Assembly (NCBI RefSeq): GCF_036515215.1
Contig: NZ_DATBVQ010000060.1
Location: forward strand, 4,391-68,390
DNA length: 64,000 nucleotides
Direction of reading: 5' to 3'
Origin: Flavobacterium sp.
GTDB lineage: Bacteria > Bacteroidota > Bacteroidia > Flavobacteriales > Flavobacteriaceae
In this document: piece after piece, positions 30,189 to 40,200 of the stretch
Layout: each line of letters begins with the position of its first letter
Numbering within the stretch: the stretch's first letter is position 1
Made by a program: the position numbers and the translations under genes
The notes under the pieces: model-generated
Seen by the model: only the letters and a program-made list of their open reading frames with translations
Told to the model about the DNA's origin: nothing
Databases searched by the model: none

Positions 30189-31276
30189 AGTTTTTTAGTT
30201 AATAGGCGAATCAGCGTGTTCTCTGGGAAAAATTCTTTTCCGATTACCTTTATAATCGTGTAAAAGGGGACGGCAACAATCATTCCTAATATACCAAAAA
30301 GGTAACCGGCTATCAAAATCACCAGAAATATTTCCAGAGGATGTGAACTGACACTCTTGGAAAAAATGATCGGTTGTGAGAAATTGTTGTCGATGATTTG
30401 CACAATCCAGAATCCAATTAAAACGTAGATTGTGGTAGGTAAAATTTCGGATTGGAAATCACTTCCCAAATTACTCATCATTGTTAAAATGGCGGCTAAC
30501 ACGGACGCTATTAATGGACCAATGTATGGAATAATGTTTAGCAAAGCACATAAAAAGGCTATGATAACGGCATTAGGAATGCCAAAAATTACTAAAACAA
30601 TCAGGTATAAAAGAAATACAATAAACAATTGCAGCAGCAAACCGATGAAATAACGAGATAACAAGTAATTGATTTTATCCAAAGAATTCAAAATTTTATC
30701 TTCATGACTGTCAGGGATTAGTTTCCTGGCCCCTTTCATAAATACGACGCGATCTTTTAAAAAGAAAAAAGTTATAAATAGCACGGCGCCTAATCCTATC
30801 CCAAAGCTGCTGATTGTGCTAAGGATTGCATTTAAAAAATTAGGGATGAGGTTAAAGTTTATTTTAGAGGTAATATTAGCTTCTTTTAACATTTCTGAGG
30901 AATCAATATGATAGCTCTCCAAAAACAAGGCGAATTGATTCAGTAACTGCCCAATATTTTTTTCGATTTCAGCGGTATTAAGAAGTGATAAATTTTCCCC
31001 TTGTGCTAAAATCAGTGGAATAAACATCATGATGAATCCCAGGATAATGAGTATGAATACGACAACGGTTGCAATGGTCGCGAAAAGATGATTAAATTTT
31101 AACCGCTTTTTGAAAAAATGTAAAATGGGAAGCCCAATCAATGTTAGGATAAGTGAAACGGCCAAATAGATCAGCACAGTCTGGATTTTATAGAAAAAGA
31201 ATAAAACTAAACTGCTTACTACGACTGTTAATAATGCGCGAAGAATCCCATTTGAAATGGTTTTTGATGTAATCAT
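30185..31276 (-). CDS. AI-2E family transporter
   Basis: Multi-TM; NIIPYIGP, QIIDNNFSQP, HPLEI, GMIVAVP; 4-nt ATGA overlap with the next gene. Confidence 0.9.
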   Translation of the reverse strand: MITSKTISNGILRALLTVVVSSLVLFFFYKIQTVLIYLAVSLILTLIGLPILHFFKKRLKFNHLFATIATVVVFILIILGFIMMFIPLILAQGENLSLLNTAEIEKNIGQLLNQFALFLESYHIDSSEMLKEANITSKINFNLIPNFLNAILSTISSFGIGLGAVLFITFFFLKDRVVFMKGARKLIPDSHEDKILNSLDKINYLLSRYFIGLLLQLFIVFLLYLIVLVIFGIPNAVIIAFLCALLNIIPYIGPLIASVLAAILTMMSNLGSDFQSEILPTTIYVLIGFWIVQIIDNNFSQPIIFSKSVSSHPLEIFLVILIAGYLFGILGMIVAVPFYTIIKVIGKEFFPENTLIRLLTKKL

Positions 31277-31375
31277 AGCATAAAGTGTATTTGCGGATAA
31301 AGATAAAAAAACTCGTTAATATGCAACGAGTTTTTCAAGCCTAATGTCAGATGCTCTCTCTTAAAATAAACATTG

Positions 31376-31408
31376 TAAAAAAATACCCGCTAACAAGTAG
31401 CGGGTATA
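31376..31408 (-). terminator. Terminator of M43 protease copy 1
   Basis: ATACCCGCTA-ACAAG-TAGCGGGTAT with an adjacent A run (U tract on the minus strand). Confidence 0.8.
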
Positions 31409-31430
31409 TAAAATAGATGTTTTTTTTTAA

Positions 31431-32381
31431 TTAGATACCGAAACCGGATCTAGCACCTCCAGAAACAAATAGAGCTGACATTCTTGATTTTTGACCTTCA
31501 GTGAACATATACATTCCTCTATCGTCAGTATAATCCATGTAGTTCATCGTCATTTCGTTGTGATCGGGTAAACAAGTACTTACGTAAGGATATGTTGGCA
31601 CTCCGAAATTAGAAGTTTTGTGAACAGGAGTGTCAGAAACAAAATCGTTTCCACAAGAAGCATCACCCCAAATGTGTCTTAAGTTCATCCAGTGACCTAC
31701 TTCGTGGCTTGCTGTTCTTCCTAAATTGTATGGATAAGCTGCTCCATCAGACACTCCAAAATAATTGGAATCGATAACTACTCCATCAGTTGCGCTAGAT
31801 CCTCCAGGAAATTGGGCATAACCCAAGATTCCGCCACCAATGGTACAAGCCCACATATTAAGTGTCGTTTCAGGTGAGGTAGGATTGATTCCGCCTCTTT
31901 TGGCATTTTTCATCACATCTCTGGTTCCCCAAGACGTTTTTTTGGTTGATTTTCTAACAATATTTACAAGTTCGAAAGTGATTCCAACATTTGCGGCAAC
32001 TCCAGCAAATTCGGAAGGTACGCTATTGAAATCAGGGTTGGTAGCGGTAAAATCTTCATTAAGGACATCAATTTGAGATTGTATTTGGGCATCAGAAATA
32101 TTTTCTGCCGCAGTCCTGTACAAAACATTCACTACCACCGGGATTACAATTTTCCCATTCACTAAACGATTGGTTAACATCGCTTTTTGGGTAAAGGCTT
32201 CAATTTGGTTCATTCTCAAAGCTAAAGTGGGATCAGCTTTCATTTGCTCTGCTAACACATCTTGTGCAGCGCAGCCTCTTTTTGAAACTGCATTTGTTGC
32301 AGAAGTTGTAGCTTCTGTCTGGTCATTTTGACACGAAAAAAGCATCATAAATGCCATGGCGGATAAAAAGATTTTTTTCAT
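31431..32381 (-). CDS. Zinc metalloprotease, M43 (pappalysin/ulilysin-like) lipoprotein, copy 1
   Basis: Lipobox LFSC, propeptide RGC, LGYAQFP, HEVGHWMNLRH, Met-turn MNYMDYT. Confidence 0.9.
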   Translation of the reverse strand: MKKIFLSAMAFMMLFSCQNDQTEATTSATNAVSKRGCAAQDVLAEQMKADPTLALRMNQIEAFTQKAMLTNRLVNGKIVIPVVVNVLYRTAAENISDAQIQSQIDVLNEDFTATNPDFNSVPSEFAGVAANVGITFELVNIVRKSTKKTSWGTRDVMKNAKRGGINPTSPETTLNMWACTIGGGILGYAQFPGGSSATDGVVIDSNYFGVSDGAAYPYNLGRTASHEVGHWMNLRHIWGDASCGNDFVSDTPVHKTSNFGVPTYPYVSTCLPDHNEMTMNYMDYTDDRGMYMFTEGQKSRMSALFVSGGARSGFGI

Positions 32382-33056
32382 AATAATTTGTTATAAATTT
32401 TGGTATTTGGTTAATAGTGGGGCAATTATATAACAATTTAATGGTTTTTTAAAATTATTGTCACAAAAAAAGAAAATCTTAGTACCGTCATTTGGCTATT
32501 TTTTGTTAATAAAGGGAATGAAAAATAGGGCAGCTAAAAGCAATTTAGGAAGTAAATCCATAGACTAATAAATTGTCGTCTGCCGTAATTTTAGTTTGTA
32601 ATGTTGGCTTTTTTTTATTGGCATAAGTACCACTTTATCAGGCAGATGTGTATTTTTTTGGCGCCGTTTTTTATGCTGTTGTTCTTGTGCGCGCTCAGCT
32701 GTTTGATAATTAGATGATTGCTAGTTTTTGACCTAAATACTTTGCTTACTTTTTTCTTAAAATATTGTTAATAAATAAAACAAATTATTTTTAAAAAAGA
32801 AGGGGAGACGGAAGTTTTTTTTGGAGTAACTAGAATTTAATGCAATTCTGTGTTAAAAAAATACGGCAAAACGAATGGTGAGAATTGTTGTGCAATAGTT
32901 GGGTTGCTGTAGCGATTTTTTTGAGCGAACTTAATACCCGCGGTTAATCTCTACGATATGCAATTGGGTTTAGCTAAAAGTGGATTTGTGAAGCAACTCA
33001 CAGAGACAAAATAAATTAAAGTACAATTTTAGGTTTTAGAATTTGAAAAAGGACAT

Positions 33057-33085
33057 AAAAAAACCCGCTAGCAAGTAGCGGGTTT
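33057..33085 (-). terminator. Terminator of M43 protease copy 2
   Basis: AAACCCGCTA-GCAAG-TAGCGGGTTT; near copy of the terminator at 31376. Confidence 0.8.
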
Positions 33086-33107
33086 AGAAATTCTATAGTA
33101 TTTAACA

Positions 33108-34064
33108 TTAGATACCAAAACCAGATCTAGCTCCGCCAGAAACGAACAAAGCTGACATTCTTGATTTTTGACCTTCAGTGAACATAAACATTCCTCTGTC
33201 ATCAGTATAATCCATGTAGTTCATTGTCATTTCATTGTGAGCAGGCAAACAAGTACTTGCGTAAGGATATGTTGGTACACCAAAGTTAGAAGTTTTGTGA
33301 ACAGGAGTGTCAGAAACTAAATCGTTTCCACAAGAAGCATCACCCCAAATGTGTCTTAGGTTCATCCAGTGACCTACCTCATGACTTGCCGTTCTTCCTA
33401 AGTTGTATGGGTAGCTAGCACCTGAGTCACTAGAAACTCCAAAATATTTACTATCAATTACCACTCCATCAGTAGCAGCAGATCCTCCAGGGAATTGAGC
33501 ATAGCCTAAGATTCCACCACCAACGGTACATGACCATATGTTAAGCGTATTGCTTGGCGAAGTAGGGTTAATTCCTCCTCTTTTTGAATTTTTCATGGTG
33601 TCTCTAGTTCCCCATGAAGTTTTAGTAGTTGATTTTCTAACTACATTTACCAATTCGAAAGTAATTCCAACATTTGCGGCAACTCCGGCAAATTCAGCAG
33701 GTACAGCTGAAAAATCAGGGTTAGTTGCAGTGAAATCTTTGTTTAGAACGTCAATCTGAGATTGTATTAGAGCATCAGAGATGTTTTCAGCCGCAGTTCT
33801 GTACAAAACATTCACTACAACAGGGATTACGATTTTACCGTTTACTAAACGATTGGTTAACATCGCTTTTTGTGTAAAGGCTTCAATTTGGTTCATTCTC
33901 AATGCCAATGTTGGATCGGCTTTTAATTGTGCGTCTAGTACATCTTGAGATGCACAACCACGTTGCGCCACTGCAGCAGTTGACAAATCGGTAGAATCTG
34001 TTTGGTCATTTTGACAAGAAAACAACATCATAAATGCCACTGCGGATAAAAGAACTTTTTTCAT
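33108..34064 (-). CDS. Zinc metalloprotease, M43 lipoprotein, copy 2
   Basis: Same motifs as copy 1; close paralog. Confidence 0.9.
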   Translation of the reverse strand: MKKVLLSAVAFMMLFSCQNDQTDSTDLSTAAVAQRGCASQDVLDAQLKADPTLALRMNQIEAFTQKAMLTNRLVNGKIVIPVVVNVLYRTAAENISDALIQSQIDVLNKDFTATNPDFSAVPAEFAGVAANVGITFELVNVVRKSTTKTSWGTRDTMKNSKRGGINPTSPSNTLNIWSCTVGGGILGYAQFPGGSAATDGVVIDSKYFGVSSDSGASYPYNLGRTASHEVGHWMNLRHIWGDASCGNDLVSDTPVHKTSNFGVPTYPYASTCLPAHNEMTMNYMDYTDDRGMFMFTEGQKSRMSALFVSGGARSGFGI

Positions 34065-34667
34065 AATTGATTGGGGTATTTGTTAAATAAACTTGCTTTG
34101 GTTAATTATGCCGCAATTTTATAACAAAAGAATTAAAAAAAAAATTTTTTTTATGAAATTTTTTTAAAAAAATTAACAGAAAATTAAGAGGGCTTATTTG
34201 GCGCGCTTTTGCGAAGAAAGACGAAAAATTATTTATTTTTTTTAACGAGTTAATTCTTATAATTTATAAATTTGAAACACCTGGTATTCCATAAACAATT
34301 TTAATTGACAGTTGAACAAGTTCGGAAGAAAGGCTTTGCCGCCGGTTATGTTTTTTCAATTATTGTGCGGCAAGCCACTAGGGATATGTCGTAAAAATTT
34401 ATTTCTTCGATTTAGATAGTTTTTTGTTGAATTCTTAGAACTCCTATTTCACTAATTGGTTAGTGGTTTAGTTTCATTTGACATTTGGTAGATAAAAGAT
34501 AGCCTGCGGTAAGAGTTGTTAGTGTTGGATAACATATTGCCCTTAAATAAATGGCGATATCAGGTCAATCATTATTTCTTTAAAAAAAAACTGTAGTGGG
34601 GAATTATTTCGATCAGGTGACCTTTTTTTAAAAAGGTCCTTTTTTGGTTTTTATAGGTGTAAAATAT

Positions 34668-35306
34668 TCAATTATTAAAAATATAGTTGATAATGTTGGC
34701 ACCCATTTTTAGGGCTTTTTCGCGAACTAAAGTTGGGTCGTTGTGTACTTCGGGGTCTTCCCAGCCGTCACCTAAATCGCACTCGAACGTATAAAGTAAT
34801 ACGAGCCTATTGTCAGAAAAAATTCCGAATGCCTGCGGGCGTTTGCCGTCATGTTCATGTATTTTGGGTAACCCATTAGTAAAAAGAAATGGTTTTTGAA
34901 AGATGGCGTGATTAGCGGGTATTTCTATCAAGTCATTATTTGGGAATATTTTCTTTATCTCTTTCCGAATGTATTGGTCCATCCCGTAATTGTCATCAAT
35001 GTGAAGAAAACCACCCGAAAGCAGGTATTTGCTTAGATTAGCTGTCTCAGCGTCGCTAAAAACAACGTTCCCATGACCAGTCATATGCACGAATGGATAG
35101 GAAAAAAGATCTGGACTCCCCGGCTCCACGTTAGCTGGTTTGACTTTGATGCGGGTATTGATGTTAGAATTGCAATATTTGATCAAATTGGAAAGTGACG
35201 TCGGATTGGCATACCAATCCCCACCGCCACCATATTTTACCAATGCGATTTCTTGAGAAAATGAAGTGATAGAGATTAACAGTAAAACTGAATATATTCT
35301 TTTCAT
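34668..35306 (-). CDS. DUF4159 domain protein
   Basis: GGGDWYANPTSL, MTGHG, GGFLHIDDNYG, DLGDGWED, MGANI. Confidence 0.8.
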   Translation of the reverse strand: MKRIYSVLLLISITSFSQEIALVKYGGGGDWYANPTSLSNLIKYCNSNINTRIKVKPANVEPGSPDLFSYPFVHMTGHGNVVFSDAETANLSKYLLSGGFLHIDDNYGMDQYIRKEIKKIFPNNDLIEIPANHAIFQKPFLFTNGLPKIHEHDGKRPQAFGIFSDNRLVLLYTFECDLGDGWEDPEVHNDPTLVREKALKMGANIINYIFNN

Positions 35307-35325
35307 AATTCTTTTTTAAATGGGA

Positions 35326-36033
35326 TTACTCTTCATTAAAGAAAACGACGCTGTGACAGGCTACTATAGCTGCAGTTTCTGTTCTCAGCCTTGTATTTCC
35401 CAATGATACGGGGATAAATTGTTTTTCAATTGCCAAATCGATTTCCTTCTCTGAAAAATCACCTTCCGGGCCTATAAGTAAGGTAACGCTTTGATTTGCT
35501 GCTAAAACAGATTTCAATGTTTTCTTATCCGTTTCTTCGCAATGCGCGATCAACAGTAAACCTTCGTTTTCGCGTTTTAAAAATTCTTTAAAAGTAATTG
35601 CTTCGTTTAATTTTGGAAGATATAGTTCGTTGGACTGTTTCATGGCGGTCAGAATAATTTTATCAAACCGCTCGTTATTGATTACTTTGCGTTCAGAACG
35701 GTCACAAATGATAGGTGTGATTTCACTGATTCCGATCTCGGTTGCTTTCTCCAGGAACCATTCGTATCTGTCATTCATTTTTGTTGGCGCAACCGCAAGA
35801 TGCAAATGGAATTTTGATGCTGGTTTTTTTTCGAAGGAAATGACTTTAACGGTACATTTACTATCGGAGGCTAATGTGATTTCAGTTTCGAATAAATAGC
35901 CTGCCCCGTTCGTTACAAATAAGATATCGGTGTCTTTTTTTCGCAGTACTTTTATGATATGTTTGCTTTCCTCTTTGTCAAAAGAAAAGGTTTCAGTAGT
36001 CTCGTCGATATTTGGATTGTAAAATAATTGCAT
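35326..36033 (-). CDS. rsmE: 16S rRNA m3U1498 methyltransferase
   Basis: HIIKVLR, EKATEIG, IGPEGDFS, SLGNTRLRTETA. Confidence 0.95.
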   Translation of the reverse strand: MQLFYNPNIDETTETFSFDKEESKHIIKVLRKKDTDILFVTNGAGYLFETEITLASDSKCTVKVISFEKKPASKFHLHLAVAPTKMNDRYEWFLEKATEIGISEITPIICDRSERKVINNERFDKIILTAMKQSNELYLPKLNEAITFKEFLKRENEGLLLIAHCEETDKKTLKSVLAANQSVTLLIGPEGDFSEKEIDLAIEKQFIPVSLGNTRLRTETAAIVACHSVVFFNEE

Positions 36034-36036
36034 AAT

Positions 36037-37059
36037 TTAGAATTGAATTCGTGCTTTTGAAACCACTGCTGCAGTTTCGAATTTTTGGGATAAAAACTTT
36101 TGATAACCTACAATTCCAATCATTGCAGCATTATCGGTGGTGTATTCGAATTTTGGTACAAATGTTTTCCATCCGTATTTTTGTTCGGCTTCTTTCAGGG
36201 TTTTCCTAATACCGGAATTGGCTGATACACCTCCGCCAATAGCGATTTGCTTTATGCCGGTTTCTTTTACGGCTAATTTTAATTTGTCCATTAAAATTTC
36301 AACTATCGTATGTTGAATAGAGGCGCAAATGTCCGCTAGATTCTCCTCTATAAAGTTGGGGTTCTCCAATTTTTTCTTTTGTACAAAATAAAGAATGGCC
36401 GTTTTTAGGCCTGAAAAACTGAAATTCAATCCGGGCACTTTGGGTTTTGTAAACGCAAAGGCCTTTGGATTCCCCAATTGCGCGTGCTTGTCAACCAGTG
36501 GCCCTCCAGGATAGGGCAGTCCGAGTATTTTTGCACTTTTGTCAAAAGCTTCACCCACGGCATCATCCGTTGTTTCTCCGATAATGGTCAAGTCAAAATA
36601 ATCATTCACTTTGACGATCTGCGTGTGGCCGCCACTTATCGTTAGCGCCAAAAAAGGGAAACTCGGCTTTTCATATCCTTCTTCAACAATAAAATGGGCT
36701 AATATATGGGCATGCATATGATTGACCGCAATAAGCGGGATTTCGAGGGCTAAAGCCATTGATTTAGCAAAGGAACTTCCCACAAGGAGTGACCCCATTA
36801 ATCCCGGACCCTGAGTAAATGCTATCGCTGACAACTGCTCTTTTTTAATATTGGCGCTGCGAAGTGCGGCATCGATCACGGGAACAATATTTTGTTGATG
36901 TGCACGTGAGGCCAATTCTGGAACGACACCGCCATATTGTGTGTGAATCAATTGATTTGCAACAACATTTGACAGTACTTTATCGTTATGTAATACGGCT
37001 GCCGCCGTGTCATCACAGGAACTTTCGATAGCTAAAATAAAAACCTCTGTATTTTGCAT
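36037..37059 (-). CDS. tsaD: tRNA N6-adenosine threonylcarbamoyltransferase
   Basis: IESSCDDT, GGVVPELASRAH, HMHAH, SGGHT, DDAVGEAFDK, TDNAAMI; start probably ATG 37059. Confidence 0.96.
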   Translation of the reverse strand: MQNTEVFILAIESSCDDTAAAVLHNDKVLSNVVANQLIHTQYGGVVPELASRAHQQNIVPVIDAALRSANIKKEQLSAIAFTQGPGLMGSLLVGSSFAKSMALALEIPLIAVNHMHAHILAHFIVEEGYEKPSFPFLALTISGGHTQIVKVNDYFDLTIIGETTDDAVGEAFDKSAKILGLPYPGGPLVDKHAQLGNPKAFAFTKPKVPGLNFSFSGLKTAILYFVQKKKLENPNFIEENLADICASIQHTIVEILMDKLKLAVKETGIKQIAIGGGVSANSGIRKTLKEAEQKYGWKTFVPKFEYTTDNAAMIGIVGYQKFLSQKFETAAVVSKARIQF

Positions 37060-37080
37060 AAAAGGGCACAAATTTTGAAT

Positions 37081-37133
37081 TATATTTGACGTGCCGCTTT
37101 AATTTTTTTATTTTTACGGCGCAGCCAAAATTA
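37081..37133. promoter_or_regulatory. Face-to-face promoter elements for tamB (+) and tsaD (-)
   Basis: TATATTTG on + at 37081-37088; TAATTTTG on - at 37133-37126. Confidence 0.5.
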
Positions 37134-37205
37134 AAGAATTTTTATTAAAGGTGCCGCTCTTTCCTTGGGCAAAATAATTAATTAAAAAATATAATAACTT
37201 TAGGT

Positions 37206-40200
37206 ATCAAAAAATTCGTTAAAATAATTTTCCGCGTTATTCTGGGGCTTATCCTGCTATTATTGGCACTCGGTATTGCTCTTTCTTTGCCTTTCATTCA
37301 GACTAAAATAGCGATACATTTCACAAACAGTATTAACAAAGATTACGGAACTAATATTGCTATTGAAGGAGTTAGGGTCTCTGTTTTTGGCGGTGTGAAA
37401 TTTAAGAATGTCTTAATTTTGGATCATCATAAAGATACACTAATTTATTCTAAAATTATTAACACCAACATTTTAGAAGGTAAAAAAATATTAGATGGTG
37501 ATTTGATTTTTGGGAATATACGTTTAGATGGCTTGTTGTTTAACTTGAAAACCTACAAGGGCGAAAAAGAAACCAATATTGATAAATTCATCAATGCTTT
37601 TAACACTGGAAAACCGTCAGGAAAACATTTTTTACTGAAAGCAAATCGGGCATACATTTCAAATGGACATTTTATCTTGAGCGATGAGAATAAGAAAAAT
37701 CCCAAAGAAGTCGACTTAACCAGACTGAATGCAAGCATCAGCGATTTCCTGTTATATGGCCCTGCCGTAAAAACAACCATTAATAGAATGTCGTTTCAAG
37801 ACCATCATGGTTTGTATGTGGTGAATTTGAGCTCTAAGTTTAGCTACACCAAAAAAAGTATAAAGCTTGAAGCTCTTGATTTATCCACTAAGGAATCAAA
37901 ATTTAATGGGGATGTCTTTTTAAACTACAACATCGAGGATTTTTCGGGTTTTACTGACAGGGTCAAGTTTGATATACAGATTAATTCTTCAAAATTGGCT
38001 TCTAATGACATTAGATATTTTTACAATGAATTAGGCAAAAATCAATTTTTCACAATCAAAGCAAGCATTAAGGGCCCCCTAAATAATTTAAATATCACAA
38101 AGTTAAGGCTCGTTGATTCCAATAATTCTCAAATAATAGGTAATGTAAACTTCAAAAATATTTTCGGGAATGACGAACAAAAATTTTTCATGGACGGAAA
38201 TTTCGAGAAAATTTCAAGCAGCTATGAAAAATTGGCGCGTTTGCTTCCAAATGTATTGGGCAAGAAATTGCCCAAAGAGTTGAAGAAATTTGGGAATTTC
38301 ATCTTAATCGGTAATTCGCAGTTGAGTGCGACTGAACTTGATGCCGATTTCTCTATGGATACCGAGTTGGGAAAAGTGCAATCGCAATTGGAGATGAAAC
38401 GTATCGATTTTATCGATAAAGCTTCATATACGGGTAATATTGTTTTGGAAGATTTTGATATAGGAACTTTATTGGAGCGGGAAGATTTGGGCAAAATCAC
38501 AATGAACATTGACGTCGATGGTATAGGGTTCACTGAAAAATATCTGAATACGGCCATAAAAGGGGATGTTAGCAAAATAGATTTCAAGGACTATACCTAT
38601 AATAATCTAGTGCTAAACGGGAACTTTAAGGCTCCCAATTACAAGGGACAAATTTCTGTAAACGACCCGAATCTTACCATGAATTTTGATGGGCTGTTGG
38701 ACTTGAGTAATAAGGACAATAAATATGATTTCCATATCAATGTTGAGAACGCCGACTTGCACAAGTTAAAGCTGGTTAAGGATTCCGTTTCGGTTTTTAA
38801 AGGGGACGTGATTGCTCAGGTCAGCGGTAACACAATTGACAACCTGCAGGGAAACATCTACATTACAAAAACATCGTACCAAAATGAAAAAGACACCTAC
38901 AGTTTTGACGACTTTAATATAAATTCAAGTTTTGATCAAGATCGGGTACGTACGATTACCGTAAATTCTCCTGATATCGTTCAAGGGGAAATTGTGGGTA
39001 AATTTCAGTTCGACCAGTTAGGCAATTTGGTTAAGAATTCTTTGGGCAGTTTATATACAAATTTCAAACCCAACAAGGTAAATAAAGGGCAGTTTTTAAA
39101 GTTTAATTTCACCATTTATAATAAAATCATCGAAATATTTTATCCTGAAATTTCCATTGGATCAAATACAGTCGTAAAAGGGAATATTAAATCTGATATT
39201 CAGGAGTTTAAAGTCAATTTTAATTCTCCACAGATTATCGCTTCGCAAAACACATTCGATAATATCCGTGTATCCATCGATAATAAAAACCCGCTCTACA
39301 ACGCCTATTTAGAGTTAGACAGCATCAAAACCAAATACTATAAAATTCGTGATTTCAGCTTGATAAATGTAACCATGAAAGACACCTTGTTTTTTAGGTC
39401 TGAATTTAAAGGAGGACCGCAAGGGGAGGATTATTTCAATCTGAATTTATACCATACGATAAACAAGAAGAATGAAAATGTAGTAGGTATCAACAAATCC
39501 GAGATGAGATTTAAAGATTATCTATGGTATTTGAATGAAAATGAAACTCCAAACAATCAGATCGTTTTCGACAAGTCTTTTGAGAATTTCAATATCGATG
39601 ACATTATACTGTCACATGAAAATCAAGCCATATCGCTTAAGGGGACTATAAAAGACAAAATAAATAAGGATTTGAAATTAAGTTTTAAGGATGTGGATTT
39701 ATTTAAAATCACGCCCGAAAGCAGCGGGTTTGTATTTAACGGAAATATAAACGGTGCTGTTAATTTCAAGCAAAATAACGAAGTCTATAAACCAACCGCC
39801 TCATTAGTCATTGATCATTTAAACATTAATAAAACCGATCTGGGAGTTTTTAAATTCGATATTGAAGGGGACCAAAACCTGGAGAAATTTACCATAAACT
39901 CTTTTATGGAAAATGAAAATATAGAATCCTTTAACGCCTATGGGAATTTCAAGATTGTAAATAAGGAAACGGTTCTGGATATGAATTTGAAGTTGGCCAA
40001 ATTCAATTTGGGCGTATTAAGTTCATTAGGAGGGGATGTAATATCTAACATTAGAGGACTGGTCACAGGAAACGCGACAATCAAGGGAAATGTAAACAAA
40101 CCGGACATTAGCGGACGCCTTTACGTAGATGATGCAGGTTTGACAATTCCTTATCTAAATGTGGATTATGAGCTGGCTGACCGATCAGTTATTGATCTGG

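Noticed and set aside
32382-34667. Hidden genes or CRISPR in the long AT-rich spacers around the M43 genes
   Set aside because: No credible ORF and no regularly spaced direct repeats; only promoter- and terminator-like motifs
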